Below, one piece after another: positions 56,758 to 64,000 of a stretch of 64,000 nt of DNA. The notes beneath the pieces are model-generated. The model ran no database searches. It worked only from the letters and a program-made list of their open reading frames with translations, and was not told the DNA's origin. Source of the stretch: Epithemia pelagica (taxonomy: Eukaryota > Protista > Bacillariophyta); NCBI GenBank assembly GCA_946965045.2, contig OX337237.1, positions 2,108,001 to 2,172,000 on the forward strand, in the 5' to 3' direction. The translations under genes were made by a program, and so were the position numbers. Position 1 is the first letter of the stretch. Each line of letters starts with the position of its first letter.

Positions 56758-58260
56758 TCAATCTTCTTGTTTGGTTGCATCTTGTTCCAGGTCGACAACA
56801 CGTTTGATTACACGTGCCCAATGTCGCTCCCCATTCTCCTCAGTGTCACAAAGGAATGTACGTCCTACTAGATCATCGTAGTCAATTGTTGGCATAGGTG
56901 TGGATGGGTCTTCACTTCTGCTGCGAATAAAGACGGTGTCATCTTGCTTGTCAGTGGGTTTATGCGGCGACTCCTCCCCTGAAGGGGTATCCACACGAAG
57001 ATTGGGTGTAGTGGAGGCAACGCGACGGACGGCGGAACGGTAGATGACGACGTTGTCGGCAGTGAGGATCTTCCAAGTGAAGGCATCACCAACATTGTGA
57101 GCAAAACCAACCCAATGTCCGAGCTTCTCATCGGAAGACGAGGGGTAAGAACCGGAGGTAGGTTCAGAAGGGTCGACACGGTAGTAGACCTCATCCCAGA
57201 AAGGAAAGAAAAGGAGGTGGGTAATGTCGGGGGGTACCGGTGAGAGCCTCAAGAGGGGTGCGGCCAGAGTGGGTGGGAGAGGAAGTGTGATTGAGAAGGT
57301 CACAAACATATTCCAGACAAAGTAGCCATGCAGAAGCGGGGCAACCAGAAGCATTCATGATAGCATTCGTCATGCGTTTGACGGTCTGGTAACGGTTCTC
57401 AGCTTTGTTCTGGTGTTGATGATAGGGCTCGGAACGGTATTCACCAATCAGGAGTGTACAAAGAATATCCTTGACCTTGCGGGAAATGAGGGATGTACCA
57501 CCATCACTGATCAGAGTTTCCATAACACCACGTGTGCGTATGTTATCCTGAAGGGTGTTGACGAATTGCTTGGTAGACTTGATGCCATAAATGTCAGTAA
57601 CCAAGGTATCACGACCAACAAAGATCTGAGCAATCTTGCCACCATGGTTAACAGCAGGGGTGTCAGAGAAGATGGAGTCAGTGGCGACGGGTTCATGTCG
57701 TCGTGGGAGGTTAAGGATAGGGTTCCGGGCCTTGAAGTGTTTCTTTAAGGTGTCCTGATTGAATGAAATGTGCCCATGACGGGTTGTATGCTTGAACGTA
57801 TCAGCGATTACGTCTTCCGATTGCCAGCCAAAGAAGGGACGAAATTTCTTCCAATCGTACTGCTCTTTGTAGAGTTTGTGGACGGATGCATGAAGGGTGG
57901 GGTCGTTGCCATCTTGATCAGCATAAATGGAAAAGAAAGAAGGCGTGTCGGGACCGTGATCATATGGGAGTTCAAGAAGAAGGTTCAAGTTGCATATGAC
58001 ACGATCGGTATACTCCCCATATTGGTCATAGGGATACGTTTCCATACTACCGTCAGTCTCCACGGATGTCCAGTTGGGAGCAGGGTCTTGGTGGGGTTCT
58101 TGATGAGTATGGTCAACTACAGAAGGATCCCAGACATGGGGTGAGGTGAACACGATATGCGGATATGTATCCATATCATCATCAGAGGGTATGCCTAGAG
58201 ATGGAGAAGGTAGACTTGCGCTAAAACAGATATCGTGACATATGAACCTTTTGCTTGTGA
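56758..58260 (-). pseudogene. Copia integrase region, frameshifted near 57225; protease absent
   Basis: VATDSIFSDT, LISDGG and SEPYHQHQNKAENR form the DDE triad. The frame changes to PDITHLLFFPFWDEVYY. Confidence 0.85.
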
Positions 58261-59918
58261 TCGGCAGAAGACTTGAACTTGACTTTAGGACTTGACTTTG
58301 TCGTAGAAGTTGACAAGATGTTGCTGAGGTCAGATGCTGGATGATTGATATCTGTCGATGCAATAGCCTGGTGTACAAACTGGGTAACCGGATCAGAGGA
58401 TGTATCAAATGGATCTTGTTCTGGTGCATCTTGATGGGTATCACCAATGTTGTTGGCATCAGGATCAGGGTCCGGTTCAGGATCAATGTCAAGAGAATGT
58501 GTTTGGACCTTGCGTGGAGTTGTCGGGGAATCTTGGACGGATTTATTGAAGTCGACAATGATTTGCCGATCCTCTTCAGAGAGTTTAAACCATACATCTC
58601 TTGGAAGGCTGATTTTCGACGAAGTTGGGGACTTTTCGGATTGGATATTCGTGTTGTTGATCTGGTAGTCAGGGGGCTCCACTGGTTCAAAAGGTTCATC
58701 CAACTGAAATTCATGTTGCTTTACATGACGACGGCGGTTAGACGCAGAAGTTCGGGTAGCTTGGTCATGGTCAAAAGCAGCATCAAGAAGCAGGCGGAAA
58801 TATGATTGATAACAGAGAGACTTGGCTCCAGATTTTGTGTTGACAACGTTATCCAAGATCTTGACTCGTCTTAAATCAGGTACCTTTTCAACAGCTTGCA
58901 TAAGGAAGGTCATCCTTGTATGGTCATGGATACGATCCGACAGTGGTACAAGGTTATCCAGAAGTCGTAGCTGTTCTTGAAAATGTAGGAGAAACTGACG
59001 AGTTGTACCACGCCAAGAGTCATCCAGTCGAAGATTCGAAATGTAGCTTGTTAGGCGTAACACTTCTCGCTTAGCTAGATCAGATTCAGTGTGTAGAACA
59101 TGGAGTTTCTTCAAGACGGCTCTTGCATCTTCATCATGTTCATGTTCTCGAACATATGCTCTTCCTTGGTCGGTTTGGATAATACGTACAAGTACAGAAT
59201 AGACAAAGACTTGTTGTTCTCGGAAAAGTAACTCTGCGCATTTGTCATCCTTGGGTACCTTGTAATCGAAATCAAGAACATTCGACAACCCTTGTGCTTT
59301 CGCAGTTGATTTGAATACACGCCAAAACGAATCAAAGTATCGTTCGTCTTTGAATGATTCAAATGCTGTTGCATCTCTTTTGGTTCCTTTCTTGAAAGCA
59401 GAGAGATCTAACATGGATTGAGATGTTGTAGAGGATGTAGTGGGAGATCGGGATGATACGGAGTGTGCAGGTGATTTCAGAGGAGAAACTGGGTCTTGGT
59501 TCATACCAGACTTGGTAAAGTCGGTGTTGATCCTCCAATCGTCATATTGGTCCCTCGTGAGGTTCATCCATGTAGCACGGGGTAGTTTTCCATGTTGGAG
59601 TTGCCGTTGTTGTAGTAACCAATATGCCATTAGTTTGAGTTGTAATCTTGTACTTGTCTGTAGGTCGTTGACTTGTTTTCCAACCTTGTATTGCATGAGA
59701 TCCTTGAGTGTCTCCTCGGGATCAGTTGCAACATGGTCGAGAACATGAAGGATATGTTCAAAACCATGATGTCGCATCCACTTTTGAAGTGATTGGGTTC
59801 GTTCATCATTACAACCAAAGATGCCTTTAGTTATATGGTCGAAGAGATCTTGGTTGGTTATATGACTTGACTTGTCCTCAGGAGGAGTAAACGGTGTCTT
59901 GGGAGGTGTCGCTTCCAT
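58221..59918 (-). CDS. Copia Gag
   Basis: FKKGTKRDATAF...AKAQGLSNVLD...QTDQGRAYVREHE...SWRGTTRQFLLHFQEQ is typical of diatom copia Gag. Confidence 0.88.
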   Translation of the reverse strand: MEATPPKTPFTPPEDKSSHITNQDLFDHITKGIFGCNDERTQSLQKWMRHHGFEHILHVLDHVATDPEETLKDLMQYKVGKQVNDLQTSTRLQLKLMAYWLLQQRQLQHGKLPRATWMNLTRDQYDDWRINTDFTKSGMNQDPVSPLKSPAHSVSSRSPTTSSTTSQSMLDLSAFKKGTKRDATAFESFKDERYFDSFWRVFKSTAKAQGLSNVLDFDYKVPKDDKCAELLFREQQVFVYSVLVRIIQTDQGRAYVREHEHDEDARAVLKKLHVLHTESDLAKREVLRLTSYISNLRLDDSWRGTTRQFLLHFQEQLRLLDNLVPLSDRIHDHTRMTFLMQAVEKVPDLRRVKILDNVVNTKSGAKSLCYQSYFRLLLDAAFDHDQATRTSASNRRRHVKQHEFQLDEPFEPVEPPDYQINNTNIQSEKSPTSSKISLPRDVWFKLSEEDRQIIVDFNKSVQDSPTTPRKVQTHSLDIDPEPDPDPDANNIGDTHQDAPEQDPFDTSSDPVTQFVHQAIASTDINHPASDLSNILSTSTTKSSPKVKFKSSADHKQKVHMSRYLF

Positions 59919-60110
59919 GATAGTACTTGTATGGTTCAGCTGTTATCACAGTGTGTAGCGTGATGTCCTTGCGAAAATTTTATTTAACCGGTGTGAAAAG
60001 AACCCGGATGTGACACGTATGTAGGTACCCGGATGTGTGATGTGCTTGGAACCCGGATGTGCGGAACTCGGTTTTGTGTCTGGTTTGGTGTAGAAACTAC
60101 TTAAAGTTAC

Positions 60111-60842
60111 TTATTCTTGGTCACTTTCGGCTTGGTACTGAAGACGAGATGCGGAATCGGTCACTGTAGTGGCTAGTTCTTCAACGTCGTCGTCTTCCAA
60201 CAAGTGGTTCACGTGTTGAGTGAAGAGAGGGAAGATAGTCGCACGGAAATCCTGGCAGAGATGGATCTCGTGAACAAAGGAGACGTACTCGTCGAGACGA
60301 GTAGTCGGGGTAGGTAGCGGATTTGTCGTCGAGTTGACGATCCAGATGGTGTGGAAGTAGTTGGTCGGACGTTCAAAGGAGATGAATCGAATACGGATGG
60401 GTTCCACAGGGTTGCCCAACAGGGCTTGGACAATGAAACGGCGTCTCGAGCACTGGTACAAGAGGTCAAGAAGTCGTTGGATGTCCTCAAGGTCAGTCAC
60501 GGGTTGGACGGACTGGAAATCGATCTCGCGTTCGGTTGTGGAACGGATCACGTCGGGGTCGGTAGTCGACTCAGTCGGCTCGCGGAAGTGTCGGATATGC
60601 GCAGTAAGAAGACGGCTCGTACGTTGGGTGCGAGTAGGGTTCAAACGGCGAGGCGGAGTCGAAGGGTGAGTCGGAATCGAAGGAGGCTGGACCACTTGGT
60701 CCGGGGTCTGGAAGGGATTGGGAGCACTGGCCTGAGTCGGGGTATGTTTCGGAGTTTCAATCAAGGGCTCGCCCGGATGGGACACTTGTTGGAAGGAATG
60801 AAAGATGTGTCGAACAGAGAGGTTGGAATCGTCGTGAGACAT
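60111..60842 (-). CDS. Extra ORF (ORF0, 243 aa) between the 5' LTR and gag
   Basis: Uninterrupted sense-strand ORF starting 39 nt after the LTR. The first half is Pro/Thr-rich and the second half looks globular. Confidence 0.6.
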   Translation of the reverse strand: MSHDDSNLSVRHIFHSFQQVSHPGEPLIETPKHTPTQASAPNPFQTPDQVVQPPSIPTHPSTPPRRLNPTRTQRTSRLLTAHIRHFREPTESTTDPDVIRSTTEREIDFQSVQPVTDLEDIQRLLDLLYQCSRRRFIVQALLGNPVEPIRIRFISFERPTNYFHTIWIVNSTTNPLPTPTTRLDEYVSFVHEIHLCQDFRATIFPLFTQHVNHLLEDDDVEELATTVTDSASRLQYQAESDQE

Positions 60843-60880
60843 CAAAAGCTTCTCGGAAATAAACGATGAGGATGTTAATC

Positions 60881-61638
60881 TGATAAACTTCTCTCGATTC
60901 AACAGGGGTTAGACAGATAGGTAGGATGGGTAAAAGGCTCGCTGAGCCAACAATCGAATCACCAACCGATACAACAATCCTCCACGGGTCAGAGAAGAGT
61001 TGCAAGTCGAAGTCCGCCGTGGGTGGGGGCAGTCGGTCCACTGATAAGAGGTTAGTCTTAAGATGAGTGTTAAAATGGTGATATTAATGATTGTGAGACG
61101 ATTACTAACTAAGGTGATTGGTGGTGTCGAAGTCCTGGCTCTTGTATACGGCCATGGATCTGGCGTGATAGGTCCTCACTGGTTGGAGTAGACCAGCATT
61201 GGTGTATATTGAATGTATAGGGTGATGGATAACATGTATGGGATACAACAGCTCTTGTTTTGTCATGGTATAAGTCTTGTGCTGGGCGCGTTGCTGTTTG
61301 CATTCTTGGATTTGTGGGAACAGAGATATGGTCTCGCGTGATCGTGATTCGTGCTTTGGATACATAGACCGTTAGGTCGAATCGTGGATGCGCATACTCG
61401 GATAGTAGAGGTGCGCACTTGATAGTTTTGGGCGCGCATGTGTTGGGCCATAGTTAATATCCGAGCGGTCGCCGATAACGCGTACAATGCGAGCATGCCG
61501 TGGCCGAATTTATAGTTTCGCGAGCATGCCGACATTCTTTTCTCACTTTTAGGAAAATGTCATCGGATGCCATAAAATACTAGCATCATTCGATGAGTTG
61601 TAGGTTTCGCCACCTAGTTTTCGGTGAGAATCCTAACA
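60881..61638 (-). repeat. 5' LTR of copia element
   Basis: TGTTAGG...TTATCA on the minus strand, followed externally by GTTGG. Confidence 0.97.
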
Positions 61639-61949
61639 GTTGGTAGAAAGTGGCGTGAGAACTGCCTGAACAGGCCTCAACATAAGTTGTAGCTCCAAAT
61701 CAGATATCCTCTTTCACTTCTGCCATTCATAACCATTTGATCCACCAATTGGACAAGAAAGATGGTTGTGCAGCATATGAACCAGATCGACCAACCACGA
61801 TGTCTCTGTTCTACATTCGTTTTATTCATACATCATCTTCCACACCGCTGTTGTGGAATATCGCATGAAGCGCTTGCAACTCTTATACTTCTTACTTTCC
61901 TACAATTGCACGTTCCAAATAACATGCAAAACAATGAACCCCCAAGAGT

Positions 61950-62034
61950 CTCTTCCGAAGTTCTTGCCTTTAAAGGAGCAATTGAGGAACAGGGACGAAG
62001 TACTTGTCACATGCACTTCGTTTTTTGGACTCAT
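61950..62034 (+). mobile_element. Helitron Rep (HUH endonuclease) motif II relic
   Basis: Translates to EVLAFKGAIEEQGRSTCHMHFVFW, which matches the E-x-Q-x-R-(G)-x-x-H-U-H-x-x-x-W consensus. Confidence 0.7.
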
Positions 62035-62054
62035 TTGTATGTTGCCTATGACTA

Positions 62055-62310
62055 ATATAGACTCCTTACTATTAACCCGACTAATTCCTAGGTAGGCTAT
62101 TGCCACATATAGACTCCTTACTATCAATGCGACGAATACCTAGGAAAGGCATGAATGTTTCCGTAGCTACCTGACAAAGATAACCAATATTTTGTCCCCG
62201 GGATACAGCCATAACTAATATAGACTCCATCCTCTATAGACTCCTTACTATCAATCCGATAAATACCTAGGTGGGCATGAATGTTTCGGTAGCTAGGTAA
62301 CAAAGTTTGC
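62055..62310. repeat. Degenerate minisatellite
   Basis: TATAGACTCCTTACTAT...CCTAGG recurs three times, near 62058, 62109 and 62237, and two copies extend to GGCATGAATGTTT..GTAGCTA. Confidence 0.8.
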
Positions 62311-62625
62311 CTTGACTTCAGACATCATTTCGTCCGCCGGGTACACATACATGAGGTGGTATGACATGACGATTGTAATGCCACCTCGAAGCACAGGAAC
62401 GGCCTATAAGAAAGATACTGACTCTACAATGGGTATTCGACAATATCTCCCAAATTTGAGACATTGGCAAGGTTGTCGTCACGATATGTTAGGGGTTCCA
62501 CGATGGCGTGCATCACCTCACCGTTCATCGATGACGTTTCCATGTCATGCCATGAGATATCGCAATGCGATAAATTGGTCTCGATTTCAGATGCTGATGA
62601 CACGCATCTAGCTGCGTAAGTTACG

Positions 62626-63148
62626 ATCTGACTCTAATGCTGCGGCTGTTCCTGTTCCTCTCCATAGTGTTAACTATACTCCTACCTACCAGACCTGTAA
62701 CAGCGCGGAATTGCAATATACTGATGACAATCTTGTCCGATACATGAAGGCAGGCATTGCACGACACGCTCTCCACGGACACAACTATGTGGTGTCAGTG
62801 TCAGATGATGGAACACACATATCCTCGTCCTATAAATCTAGTTCGGTCGTATGACTGAAGCCATCATGTGCAAGAGCAATTCATCTGATTGCGATATCTC
62901 GCGCCACGATATGAAAACGTCACGGATGAAGGGTGACGTGAGAACTCTTTGCACAGCCCGCCAACAAAATCTACTTTCACCCCATCGAAAGATAGCAAGA
63001 TTGGAAGCAAAATCGCCTCTACCTAGGTGCTCCCCTGCTGGAGCTAGCTAGGTATGCGCTGAAAAACACCTGCAGCTAGAGGTATGCACATCCGTTGAAA
63101 AAAAAACTACCTGTGCTACCAGGATGAAAAGCTTATAGCTAGAAGCTA
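62626..63148. repeat. 523-bp direct repeat, copy 2
   Basis: Matches 50599-51121 at an offset of 12027. Confidence 0.95.
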
Positions 63149-63515
63149 GCTGCGGCAGGCCTGCCGCGAAGGCAGGCCGACCGACTGCGCGGGCGACATT
63201 TCGACGCCAGGGACTCCTCCTATGTTGAGAATAACGAGTCACTAGAGACTATACAGATTAACAGTGACGTCTCTTGGGTCGCATAGAAGATGGAGGCTAT
63301 GCGTCGGACTTATTAAAGTTGGTAGGGTAGTGCATGACGCATCTGCGATCGGGTAAGATGTTATGAAAGGTGATTGTTAAATAATAATGGCAGTTGGTAG
63401 TTGGTAGTTGGTAGCGGCATATGCATATAGTGGCTGGTATTTAGACCGGTGATCGTTAAATAATGGAAGCAACGATATTAATCAAATATATCATGGAAGG
63501 AACTACCTGATGTTT

Positions 63516-64000
63516 TTATGACGACGCCCTCTTCACTTTTTCCGGATAAGATAAAAATTTCTTCGGCACTCCCAAACAGCTTGCATTTTCAACTGTCCAA
63601 TGGCCAAATGGATATAAAGACTTCATCATCTCCTGTCTCTCTTCCGTATTTGCCCATCCTGTATAGACCTCAAAGTCATCATACTGCAGACGAAGCATGG
63701 ACACCAGGCCATCGCGACCGATCCATTTGCCGAGACCTCCTTCGGCACTGATTAGAAAATTGCTCTCGTCAAACTCTTCCAATCCATCCAAGACCTTTTT
63801 GTCTTTGAACTTCGTATTTTCAACCACTTAATAAATGAACTCGACAAGTACGCTAAAGCCTCTTTACTCGGTTTGGTCTCCATATATACAGCAATCATGC
63901 CAATTTTCTTGTCATAGGAGTTTCCTGTTGATTTCGCAGTTCCTTGGTGACAAATTTCTTTCCCATCTTTGTCGACCAAGTAGTAGATGTTATCTGAATC
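63516..64000 (-). pseudogene. Degraded unknown ORF running off the window edge
   Basis: Two overlapping frames (63752-64000 and 63516-63827) look like one protein broken by a frameshift and a stop. Confidence 0.35.

Larger units (their letters stand above)
54796..61638 (-). mobile_element. Ty1/copia (CoDi-like) LTR retrotransposon, internally deleted and non-autonomous
   Basis: 758-bp TG...CA LTRs at 60881-61638 and 54796-55553, with a 5-bp GTTGG duplication on both sides. Polypurine tract GTGGGGAG precedes the 3' LTR. Domain order is gag, integrase, RT, RNase H. Confidence 0.97.

Noticed and set aside
63139-63167. Canonical Helitron 3' end (hairpin then CTAG|T) on the minus strand
   Set aside because: The palindrome and CTAG are present, but neither CTAG is followed by the expected T. 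It was kept only as part of the motif finding.
1-64000. tRNA, rRNA or snRNA genes
   Set aside because: No convincing cloverleaf, box A/B pair or rRNA signature was seen by eye. tRNAscan-SE or Infernal would be needed to exclude them.

Overview
Eukaryotic, most likely diatom, nuclear DNA. The evidence is short GT-AG introns, signal peptide plus ASAFAP-like plastid presequences, an LCIB/theta-type carbonic anhydrase, a CoDi-like copia element and a helicase-associated (HA) domain gene. Bases 1-2.0 kb hold the 3' end of a plant-type (Stowaway-like) mariner followed by a 360-bp tandem repeat. Bases 3.3-42.8 kb are a gene-dense block of about 23 genes: an FtsH-like AAA lacking its protease domain, a thylakoid-type theta-CA, Sec61-gamma, a class II PRPP synthase, a GDP-fucose transporter, a tandem dCMP deaminase with one dead domain, a PAM2 protein, NOT2, a SET protein head-to-head with an A-T-ankyrin NRPS-like enzyme, several plastid or lipid genes, a stand-alone Dicer-type helicase and coactosin. 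Bases 43-64 kb are a repeat patchwork. It includes a LINE-like relic, pseudogenes, a solo LTR, an HA-domain gene and a PIF1 helicase plus HUH-Rep relic bracketed by 523-bp direct repeats. A young but internally deleted copia element (758-bp LTRs, GTTGG target-site duplication, extra upstream ORF) has inserted between the PIF1 and Rep parts. The strongest candidates for undescribed biology are the A-T-ANK enzyme with its SET neighbour, the RNase III-less Dicer helicase, the direct-repeat-bounded PIF1/Rep unit, the copia ORF0 and a recurrent intergenic CTAGGAGTAC motif. All family assignments come from motif recognition by eye; no searches were run.
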